Shown: one piece after another, positions 26,784 through 34,746 of the stretch
How positions within the stretch are numbered: the first letter of the stretch is position 1
Layout: each line of letters starts with the position of its first letter
Virus record (IMG/VR): IMGVR_UViG_3300020810_001160
Coordinates: 1-64,000 of that record
Direction: 5' to 3' (one strand)
Source of the DNA: a virus
DNA length: 64,000 nucleotides
The notes under the pieces: generated by a model
What the model was told of the DNA's origin: nothing
Database searches by the model: none
What the model saw: the letters and a program-made list of their open reading frames with translations, nothing else
Position numbers and translations under genes: made by a program

Positions 26784-28990
26784 TATCCGAAATTCTCCGC
26801 TGTGTCTTGTGTTGCTTGTGAAGTGATTCTACTGTAACGATTATTATCGTTCATTGTCATTAAAATCTGTTCCATAGTGTTATTTAACCTATCCAATTTA
26901 TCACCTGTTGAACTTGATGATGCTGTGATTGTGCCTGTCATTCCGCTTCTTAAACTTGTCATTGCATTTCCTAAGTTCTCTAAACTGTTAGCATACATAT
27001 CTATTTTGTTTTTGTCAAGCTCATCTAGTGTTTTATTCAAGTTTTTGGCAAAGTTTTCTGGTCCTGAACCAAAAATTTTACCAAAGAAGCCTGTGACCGC
27101 ACTGGCTGTGGTTCCAACACTCATAACTGCCATTGCTCCTGCCAATGCTGTGGAACCTTTGGCAACTGCCATTAAATTTTTACCGTCTACTTCTCCAACT
27201 GCGCCTAGACCCGACGCAAATTTTTCTAATGCTCCGCCCATCAGCCAAGTTGCCGCGGCTAAACCTGCACCTATAATGGCAATTGATGCCGAAAATGCTG
27301 TGGCACCTATCACAGTTTGAGGATTAGCAAAGGCTTTCAATCCTCCTGCTAAACCTTTCATGCCTCCACCTACACCGCCTAGCAATCCGCCTGCACCTGC
27401 GCCTGCTTTACCTAATATGCCTGGACCTCCGCCTCCACCTCCCATACCTGGAAGGTATGACATTAATTTTTTTCCACCTTTAGCGGCTACGCCTACTCCT
27501 GCACTTGCCAATTTACCAGTGTACATGGTTGCGAGCACTGCCGTAACTGCACTCAAGCCTGTACCAAACGCTCCTAATTCTTTTTTTAGAAAATCGAAAA
27601 AACTTACCAACTGCTCAATAGCAGAGGCTAGTAATCCTATTGCAGGATTAAGCATATCAACAATAGGAGCCAACAATGCTTGAAAGGCAGTTCTTAATCT
27701 TTGAGTTGATTTGTCAAATAGTAGAGCACTTTTTGCGCCAACTTCTTGTGCTTTCACTTGTTCTTCAGTAGCCACTTCTAAATCGCCCAATGCATTTTTA
27801 AATCCTATTGTTTCAAATCTCACGTCAAAGAAGTCCACACCCAATTGTTTCAATTGAGCATAACGTTGTCTTTCTTCTGCTGACATCTGTGCAGTTTCAT
27901 TTGCCGCACCTTGGAATACTTTCATTAACTGTTGAGCTGATCCCGATTCACCTCTTGCCAAACCATGTAAGGCTTCTCTCATACCATCGATTGCCATGAT
28001 ACCTGCTTCTCTGGCATTGGTTGCCACACCGTCTGTAGCAATTAAATTTCTAATGCTCTGTTCCATTTCTTTTGAAACATTACCTGTCATTGATAAAGCA
28101 CTGTTGATTTCTCTTTGTTGTTTTTGACTCATGCCTGCCAATTGTAAACTTAATCTTGCGTCCTTGGCACGTTCTTGCATTTCTTGTTGAAGTGCTTGTC
28201 TGTTTTTACCTGTCAGTCTTGATAGTAAATCTAAGTTGTTCAAATAATCTGCAGTTTCACTAGACAGTTCTCGTTCTGTCATTGTTTGTGTTCTACCTAA
28301 TTGTGTTTGCAGTTCTAAATATTCTGCGGCGCCGGTGGCTATCTCTTGCATTGTAAAACCTAATGCTGAAAATTTTTCAAATGTTTCGCCTTGTGCTAAA
28401 TCTTTTAATGCGTTGGTAAATCTTTTTACACCCACGCCTGTTGTTCCACCTAACAGAGCAAGATTACCGCCTGCTTGAGTTATAGCATCAGTCAGTTGTC
28501 CCATAGTCAATCCAGTTTCTCCTGCCGCTATTCTAAGATCACTGATGCTCTGTCCTGCTGTGCCGCCTATCTGAGAAATTGATCTATAAAAATCTACGTT
28601 TTCAGAAAGTCTATCAATCAAATAACCCAATGTGTCGCCAAACGCTTCTCCCACAGTACCAAATTGCTCGCCTACCATTCTTGCCGACGATCCCAATCCT
28701 GCTAGGTTTGTTGTGACTATGCCTATTCCTATAGACAGTGTGTTGTTGACTTTTTGTAATCTAGTTAATCCTTGTTCGGTATCTTCCAATTCTTCATTAA
28801 CATCTTGCAGATAAGATGCCATGGTTTTCATTTCTTTGGCAGTTTTGCCTGTAGCCTGTGCTACCGCTTTCATTCCGGTGTCGCCGCCCAGTGCTTTTAC
28901 CAGTGCTCTTAATGTGGTTTCGGTGGCAACTCCTGATTGGCCAATGCCTTTTGCCAGTGCTTCCAGTTGATCTCTATCTAATTCTGCCAT
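26783..28990 (-). CDS. Probable tail tape measure protein
   Basis: 735 aa, Ala/Gly-rich and helical with hydrophobic C-terminal stretches; YL.NL..LSRLTGKNR.AL..E motif; divergent from the gp26-like chaperone. Confidence 0.65.
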   Translation of the reverse strand: MAELDRDQLEALAKGIGQSGVATETTLRALVKALGGDTGMKAVAQATGKTAKEMKTMASYLQDVNEELEDTEQGLTRLQKVNNTLSIGIGIVTTNLAGLGSSARMVGEQFGTVGEAFGDTLGYLIDRLSENVDFYRSISQIGGTAGQSISDLRIAAGETGLTMGQLTDAITQAGGNLALLGGTTGVGVKRFTNALKDLAQGETFEKFSALGFTMQEIATGAAEYLELQTQLGRTQTMTERELSSETADYLNNLDLLSRLTGKNRQALQQEMQERAKDARLSLQLAGMSQKQQREINSALSMTGNVSKEMEQSIRNLIATDGVATNAREAGIMAIDGMREALHGLARGESGSAQQLMKVFQGAANETAQMSAEERQRYAQLKQLGVDFFDVRFETIGFKNALGDLEVATEEQVKAQEVGAKSALLFDKSTQRLRTAFQALLAPIVDMLNPAIGLLASAIEQLVSFFDFLKKELGAFGTGLSAVTAVLATMYTGKLASAGVGVAAKGGKKLMSYLPGMGGGGGGPGILGKAGAGAGGLLGGVGGGMKGLAGGLKAFANPQTVIGATAFSASIAIIGAGLAAATWLMGGALEKFASGLGAVGEVDGKNLMAVAKGSTALAGAMAVMSVGTTASAVTGFFGKIFGSGPENFAKNLNKTLDELDKNKIDMYANSLENLGNAMTSLRSGMTGTITASSSSTGDKLDRLNNTMEQILMTMNDNNRYSRITSQATQDTAENFG

Positions 28991-29002
28991 GTTACCAAAA
29001 TG

Positions 29003-29091
29003 TATTTAAATCCAATCATTATGTACGCACTTAATCCACTTCACTAAATATGAGTATATTAAGAACTATTAAAACTTTGTTCTTGTATTTA
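29003..29091. promoter_or_regulatory. Divergent late-promoter cluster
   Basis: TAAATA on the minus strand at 29003-29008 and 29086-29091, and on the plus strand at 29045-29050. Confidence 0.55.
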
Positions 29092-29102
29092 TTGGAGATA
29101 AA

Positions 29103-29966
29103 ATGAGCGAAATTCAACCAGGTCCAAGTAATCCTTTAAAAAAGTATTACAGACAACCTAAACAATTTATTAGACTGCCCAGCGGATACAAATACTATCC
29201 ACAAGGATCTATTGAAGTGGGCGAGTCAGGAGAAGTGGCTGTGTACCCTATGACAGCCAAAGACGAACTAATTTTTAAAACACCAGACGCATTGTTGAAC
29301 GGTGAAGCCACAGTGACTGTGATACAGAGTTGTGTGCCAGCCATCAAAAACGCTTGGCAGATGCCCAGCATCGATGTTGATGCTTGTTTGATAGCAATAC
29401 GTATGGCAACCTATGGTACCACAATGAATGTGCCCATCACAGTTCCAGGCACAAAGATAGAAAAAGACTATCAATTGGATTTACAAGGCACATTGGACAA
29501 ATTACTATCAGCACAATATCAAAGCACAGTGTTTGTGGGCAACATGGAAGTTACCACACAGCCATTGAGTTACGATCAATTCAGCAAAATGGCAATCAAA
29601 AGTTTTGAAGAAGCACGTGTGCAAGAACTTATCAGAAACAATGAAATGACTGATGAGGAAAAACTTCAACGATTCCAAAGAAGTTTGACCAAACTGACAG
29701 ATTTAAATGTGAGCATGGTGTCAGACACAGTGGCATCGATAAAAGTAGACGGACAACTGGTCACAGACAAAGCGATGATCAAAGACTTTATAGAAAATGC
29801 TGAAAAGAATTTTTTCCAAAGCATACTGGATCATTTAGAAATTCAAAGACAGGCATTTGCATTGCCAACAATCACAGTACAGTCTAGTGAAGAAGAGCGT
29901 AAAGAGGGAGCACCAGAGGAATATCAAATTCCAGTACAGTTCGATACTGCAAATTTTTTCGCCTAA
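29103..29966 (+). CDS. Baseplate hub assembly chaperone, gp26-like
   Basis: IRLPSG, PMTAKDELIFK, DVDACLIAIRMATYG and C-terminal NFFA match the gp26/gp51-like family; GGAG RBS. Confidence 0.7.
   Translation: MSEIQPGPSNPLKKYYRQPKQFIRLPSGYKYYPQGSIEVGESGEVAVYPMTAKDELIFKTPDALLNGEATVTVIQSCVPAIKNAWQMPSIDVDACLIAIRMATYGTTMNVPITVPGTKIEKDYQLDLQGTLDKLLSAQYQSTVFVGNMEVTTQPLSYDQFSKMAIKSFEEARVQELIRNNEMTDEEKLQRFQRSLTKLTDLNVSMVSDTVASIKVDGQLVTDKAMIKDFIENAEKNFFQSILDHLEIQRQAFALPTITVQSSEEERKEGAPEEYQIPVQFDTANFFA
29951..29960 (+). other. Tandem -1 slippery heptamers A_AAT_TTT and T_TTT_TTC
   Basis: Both fit X_XXY_YYZ in the gp26-like reading frame just before its stop; the -1 frame is open to 30190. Confidence 0.65.
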
Positions 29967-30013
29967 AGATATCAACACTGCCGATTTCTGACATTATCAA
30001 ACTTACCACAGAC

Positions 30014-30190
30014 ATGGAGAACGAAGTTAAAAACTTCAAAGCAGAACTTGCCAAAATTGCTTGGTTCATGCGTGGCGGAGTCACCATGGACGAACTGTAT
30101 GGCAGTTCACCAGAAGACCGAGAAGTGATGACCAAGGTGATCAAAGACAATCTAGACACTGCCAAAAAAACAGGACAACCGTTCTTTTAA
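30014..30190 (+). CDS. gp51-like small hub assembly protein, or the frameshift extension of the upstream gene
   Basis: Absent from the track (58 aa): MENEVKNFKAELAKIAWFMRGGVTMDELYGSSPEDREVMTKVIKDNLDTAKKTGQPFF; no SD upstream of the ATG. Confidence 0.7.
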   Translation: MENEVKNFKAELAKIAWFMRGGVTMDELYGSSPEDREVMTKVIKDNLDTAKKTGQPFF

Positions 30191-30295
30191 CAGTGTACTC
30201 CACATAATATAAAGTATCAAATATTCTGCATCTGTGGTGCCTACAAGCAAATAGCATCATTTAATATTTTTTTTATACATTTAAATAAATCTTGT

Positions 30296-30865
30296 ATGCA
30301 GATATACACACAAATTGTCCGCCCATCGGAGTTGGATGAAGATGACCTGTGGATTCCATGTCTTAAGACATTCCCAGTAAAACATTCGCCAGCGGCGGAA
30401 CAACCACTCATCATCACACACATCGAAGCAGTGAATCACTATGCTCACAGTGTTGCCAAACTGTTGGACCAGAAGGTGTATGCAGTGGGATCTAAAACCT
30501 ATGACCGACTCGTAGAGGCGGGCTTCGCGGAAAAAAATATTCATTGGAGACATCGTGCGGACGAACTCAAACTGCGTTCAAAAGAAATAGGACCAATCAC
30601 TTGGCTCCGTGGAGACAAGTATGCACGAGATTTTTCACACCTACCAGAATGCACAGTGATACAGACATACGAATCCAAACCAGATCCAGATGCCATCAGA
30701 CAGATATTAAAATTAGAACCAGACGTGATACACGTGTATTCAGATGCAGTGTTAAAAGAATTAGAGATTAGAAATTGGAGTCATACCAAACTGCGTCATG
30801 TAACATCAGCAGATCCTGATAAGAGTTTGTGGTTGGACTGTGAATCATTTGATCCTAGTGTTTAA
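30296..30865 (+). CDS. hemD: Uroporphyrinogen-III synthase-like protein (compact, divergent)
   Basis: WIPCLKT, LIITHIEAV, VYAVGSKT..RL.EAGF, ADEL, ITWLRGD..RD, QTYES and IHVYS..V follow the order of HemD motifs. Confidence 0.6.
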   Translation: MQIYTQIVRPSELDEDDLWIPCLKTFPVKHSPAAEQPLIITHIEAVNHYAHSVAKLLDQKVYAVGSKTYDRLVEAGFAEKNIHWRHRADELKLRSKEIGPITWLRGDKYARDFSHLPECTVIQTYESKPDPDAIRQILKLEPDVIHVYSDAVLKELEIRNWSHTKLRHVTSADPDKSLWLDCESFDPSV

Positions 30866-31250
30866 GAACGACTGCGTCGTTCTGCTTTTCGCTCACGCTC
30901 AAGCATTTAAACAATCACATAACGAAGTTATGTCGTGCATCATGCAGATAGTTGATCCATACTTCACCCAGCAACGGGTAAAGTATGTTGCTTCATGCGA
31001 GATGAGCCTACCATTGTGTGAGAGGAAATTCCTTGCGGACGGAAGCGGTGACCCGCCAACTCCCTATTCCAGACTTCATTAGTCACGGGCAACTGACCCA
31101 CCCTTCACAAACAAAGTGATCAGTTGTGATGTTGTATCTTTTTCACAGAGCATCTTCTTTTGTGCCTTAGTTAGCACTTGACTTGCAACTCAGGATTCAC
31201 CCAACGTCTTATCGACTGCATTTCCTGGATCCGTAGATCAGTTGTGTTGC
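30865..31250 (-). ncRNA. Candidate large structured ncRNA immediately 3' of the GIY-YIG gene
   Basis: About 390 nt with no credible ORF and at least ten stems; cUACGg and GCAA tetraloops; stem mismatches resolve as G-U pairs on the minus strand. Confidence 0.7.
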
Positions 31251-31254
31251 TATG

Positions 31255-31686
31255 TTATGCCTTGTTGTACTTTTTTAATTCTTCTTTAAGGATTCGGGAA
31301 CCTCCTACCCTGACATTGATGATGCCATTGTAGTAGTCGTCGGATTCTAGTACTCGTCTTTCGAACTGTTCTCGAGCCTCGAGATAACTCATTACGCCTC
31401 TTGATTTGCAGATGTACAGTATTTCCCTTGTGAATTTGTCTTCGCCTAATTGTGCCACGTCAGCAAGTAGATGATCTGATGAACCCCAATAGTCCTTCCA
31501 GTCCGATTCCACCTTGCTTCTACGTTTGTTTATCCTGCCCTTGAGAGGCGGACGTGTCTTCTTGAATTTCGCTAGTTTTTTACCCACATACATTTTACCA
31601 TTGGTTGTATTTGTAATAAGATATACAAATCCTTCGCAGTCTTCTGGCAGTGTGTCGAGTGTTTTACCTTGATAAGTCCATGGCAT
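31255..31686 (-). CDS. Small GIY-YIG family endonuclease
   Basis: GFVYLITNTTNGKMYVGKK, basic insert, DWKDYWGSS, conserved Glu in YLEAREQ, YYNG. Confidence 0.8.
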   Translation of the reverse strand: MPWTYQGKTLDTLPEDCEGFVYLITNTTNGKMYVGKKLAKFKKTRPPLKGRINKRRSKVESDWKDYWGSSDHLLADVAQLGEDKFTREILYICKSRGVMSYLEAREQFERRVLESDDYYNGIINVRVGGSRILKEELKKYNKA

Positions 31687-31701
31687 GAACTTACTTACTG
31701 A

Positions 31702-31920
31702 TTATTTTTTTTGCTGTTGCTGTTTTTGAATTCGTGATGTTTTATATTGGTCTTCCAGCTCTTTACGTCTTTGACGTGCCAAAATTCTAATTTCCGCGAG
31801 CGCCTTTCTGGCGGCTACTTTGGTAGCAAGGCTTCGCCTTTCAGCAAACTTTTCGTTTGCCTTGAAGTATGCCATGTATGCTTTGGTGAGTTTATCGTGA
31901 GTATCATCTTGTATGGTCAT
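31702..31920 (-). CDS. Small basic helical hypothetical protein
   Basis: Probable start at ATG 31920 (MTIQDDTHDKL, 72 aa), overlapping the gp46 stop. Confidence 0.6.
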   Translation of the reverse strand: MTIQDDTHDKLTKAYMAYFKANEKFAERRSLATKVAARKALAEIRILARQRRKELEDQYKTSRIQKQQQQKK

Positions 31921-33688
31921 AAGTTTCCACGTCGTTAGCATATGCTGTGAAGCCGTTTTCTTTGATCACCTTCAACACATTGTTCACACGTCCTATTAAT
32001 TCATCCTTGTGACTGATTAAGAATATGTTTTTGCCTGATTCTCTGCTCATTTTCTTAAGAATAGCCAGAGCACTTTCAACACCTGCTGAATCCATACCAG
32101 AATCTATCAATTCATCCAAGAACAGCAAGTTGATGTTTTGATACAAGTTTTCCCAAACATCTCTAAATGCAAAACTTAAACCCAATATCAATCTATTACG
32201 TTCACCTCTGCTCAAATTATCAAAATCTAATTCTTGACCCAGTTGTGTGATCTCCACACTCAAATCATTTTTAAATGTGACCAAGTGTGGAAGACCCAAT
32301 TGATCCAAGTAGTGTGTCAACCTGTTGTTCAAGAAGGTTAAGTTTTGATCAATTATCTTTTTCCTTATGAAGGAATCTTTGTTTGTAAGCAGTTTATACA
32401 AAAATTCTTGATGTTCTTTTAATTTTTGTAGTGCATTGGCAGTGTCCCAATTGATTTCTTGTACTGCTTGATTTTTTAATTCTTCTATCTGATCCAAATA
32501 TGGATTAGTTTCTTCTTGTTTGTTGTTCAATGCTGTTTTGATAGATTCCACATACTGTCTGTGATCATATGCTTCTTTTAATGTGTCATAATATGTGTCC
32601 GGTCTTTGTGTCAAATCTCCCACAGTTTTTATATCTTTAAGAGTGGCTTCTAATTGATCTGCCAATTCCATCACATAACTGTTGGCTTCACCATATTCTT
32701 CTTCTAATTTTCTCTGCATTTCTTCAATTTTATCTTGAGGCAGATTCTGTCCACACGCATAACACGTGGCTTTGTGATTTAATTTTTCTAAATCTGTGTG
32801 CAGTTTTTTTGCTGTTTTGTCTGCTTGTTCAATGGTTGCTTCCAAACCAGCACGATCTTTTTGTAATTGTCTCAATGCATCATTTAATTTTGTCCAGTCA
32901 TCCAGTTTTTGATGTGCTTCTAATTCATTGTCAATGTTAATTGCTTCTAATTCTTTTAAATTCTTTTTTAATTTTTCAATGTCTGTGCTGTTTTGATTTT
33001 GCCAAGCACTGCTTTTATTTTGTAAACTGTGTATTGTTTCTTCCACTTTTTCATTGGATATTTTTATTCCTTCTAAACGTGCGGTTTCTAATGCTATATC
33101 TTCTTTTGTGCTTTTGATGTGAGTTTTCAATATCTCTGCTTTTTCAGACAGCAGTTGTATTCCTAACAGTTGTTCGATAATATCCTGTTGTTCGTTGGCG
33201 TGTAAACTTAAGAATGGTTGTGTGTATGTGTTCAACGCCACAATGTGTTTGAACATCTTAGGATTCATTCCAATCATTCTGTTCAAATCTTCCTGTGTTT
33301 TACGTGAATCTCCTTGACTTACATCTGAAAGTTCCTGTTCTTCCTCGTCAATAAAATATTTCATCACGTTGGGCTTTCGACCACGCTCTACTTTATAATT
33401 CTTACCGTCTTTTTCAAATGTGATTGTGACCAACATATTTTTACCGTTGGTTTTGTTTACAAGATTGTCTTTACGTATTTTTGTGAGTGCTTCCCCATAC
33501 AGTGCATAAGACAACGCATTCACAATGGTTGTTTTACCTGTACCATTACGTGATCCTGCATCATCACCACCCATGTCTAGGTTTTCACCCAATACCAATG
33601 TTAACAGTTTTTGCTGAAAGTCTATGGCTTGGGTTTGATTACCCACACTCATAAAGTTTTTAACTGTAAGTGTTTTAATTACTATCAT
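31904..33688 (-). CDS. gp46: Recombination endonuclease subunit, Rad50/SbcC-like
   Basis: KNFMSVGN, Walker A NGTGKTT, CYACGQ zinc hook, LSRGE signature, Walker B LLFLDE, ISH. Confidence 0.93.
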   Translation of the reverse strand: MIVIKTLTVKNFMSVGNQTQAIDFQQKLLTLVLGENLDMGGDDAGSRNGTGKTTIVNALSYALYGEALTKIRKDNLVNKTNGKNMLVTITFEKDGKNYKVERGRKPNVMKYFIDEEEQELSDVSQGDSRKTQEDLNRMIGMNPKMFKHIVALNTYTQPFLSLHANEQQDIIEQLLGIQLLSEKAEILKTHIKSTKEDIALETARLEGIKISNEKVEETIHSLQNKSSAWQNQNSTDIEKLKKNLKELEAINIDNELEAHQKLDDWTKLNDALRQLQKDRAGLEATIEQADKTAKKLHTDLEKLNHKATCYACGQNLPQDKIEEMQRKLEEEYGEANSYVMELADQLEATLKDIKTVGDLTQRPDTYYDTLKEAYDHRQYVESIKTALNNKQEETNPYLDQIEELKNQAVQEINWDTANALQKLKEHQEFLYKLLTNKDSFIRKKIIDQNLTFLNNRLTHYLDQLGLPHLVTFKNDLSVEITQLGQELDFDNLSRGERNRLILGLSFAFRDVWENLYQNINLLFLDELIDSGMDSAGVESALAILKKMSRESGKNIFLISHKDELIGRVNNVLKVIKENGFTAYANDVETYDHTR

Positions 33689-34694
33689 TGTTTAAATCTC
33701 TAAATATTTTTAGCAACACTGCTTTATCATAAGCATCTGATTCTATGGTTTCAATTTCTTTGGACACAATCTGATCTACAGATTCAAACTTTGTGATATC
33801 CAATTCTGTATTGATTTCCTCATCTTTTTTGCTTGGAATCAATGTGATTTCTCTACAATCATAATCCTTCATAAAAGTTTCTTTGATATAACTGGCTTCT
33901 TCAAAACTGATATCAATATCCAATGTGACTCGCAAGTGCATCTTGCTTTTCATTATTTCTTTTGTTTTGTCTAACAGTGTGCTTAATTTCACATTTCTAT
34001 ACTTGGGACAGTTTGGCCAATTGAAATACACAGGCTCTTTGTCGTGTTCCAGTATCATCATGCCTCGATCATCATCATCTACATCTGCGTAATTGTGTGG
34101 AAAAGGATTACCCAAGTAATGGATATTGTTTTTGACCTGTCTTTTGTGGAAGTGTCCAGAGAACACATATTCTTGATTGACAAAATCACTGCCTCGCAGT
34201 TCGCCTGTGTCAGGCATTTCCACCATGGCATTCATAAAAAAGTTTGGCAATTCAAAGTGCCCAAACATATATTTGCATTTCATTTTACCCACTTTTTTCC
34301 ATTCATTGCCTATTAACCAAGGCACCATCACCACATCATCTATCTTTGTGATCTCGTTCACCATGGTGATACCTGGAATAAATCTTCCAAACTCTGTGGA
34401 CTGAATGTCTCTGCTGTCTTTGTAGTATAAATCGTGATTACCTGGAAAGAAATAAAAGTTTTCAAATGCTTTGCCTAACTTTTCTAAACATCTAATGGAA
34501 GCATCCATAGTGGTTATGTTCACACTGTTTCTGTTGTGATGCCAGTCACCGCAAAACATTCCTGTTTCGCAACCATGCTCCTTGGCTAGAGCAATGTACC
34601 AATCGATAAATTCTTCGCAATCGTCGTTGTGTAATTTTGAATTGGATTTCAATCCAAAGTGTATATCGGTAAACACCGCTAATTTCTTGAACAA
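33675..34694 (-). CDS. gp47: Recombination endonuclease subunit, Mre11/SbcD-like
   Basis: TDIHFG, GDWHH, GNHD, GHFE and SGHFH metallophosphoesterase motifs; TTG start after AGGAG. Confidence 0.93.
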   Translation of the reverse strand: MFKKLAVFTDIHFGLKSNSKLHNDDCEEFIDWYIALAKEHGCETGMFCGDWHHNRNSVNITTMDASIRCLEKLGKAFENFYFFPGNHDLYYKDSRDIQSTEFGRFIPGITMVNEITKIDDVVMVPWLIGNEWKKVGKMKCKYMFGHFELPNFFMNAMVEMPDTGELRGSDFVNQEYVFSGHFHKRQVKNNIHYLGNPFPHNYADVDDDDRGMMILEHDKEPVYFNWPNCPKYRNVKLSTLLDKTKEIMKSKMHLRVTLDIDISFEEASYIKETFMKDYDCREITLIPSKKDEEINTELDITKFESVDQIVSKEIETIESDAYDKAVLLKIFRDLNNDSN

Positions 34695-34715
34695 AATAAT
34701 CTCCTACTTTCCTAT

Positions 34716-34744
34716 AGAATAAACGAAAAAGTTGTATTTGTCAA
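34716..34744 (-). promoter_or_regulatory. sigma70-type promoter for gp47-gp46
   Basis: TTGACA, 17-nt spacer, TATTCT. Confidence 0.65.
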
Positions 34745-34746
34745 CT

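Noticed and set aside
30840-31082. 80-aa plus-strand ORF in the track
   Set aside because: Non-ATG start overlapping the hemD-like gene, no RBS and atypical composition; better explained as structured non-coding sequence.
31020-31200. RNase P RNA-like GAGGAAATTCC on the plus strand
   Set aside because: It differs from GAGGAAAGUCC, the 3' ACAGAA...GGCUUA element is missing, and tetraloops and G-U pairs favour the minus strand.
30865-31686. Group I intron carrying a GIY-YIG homing endonuclease
   Set aside because: No interrupted host gene (the flanking genes converge and look complete) and no recognisable P7 or J8/7 core sequences.
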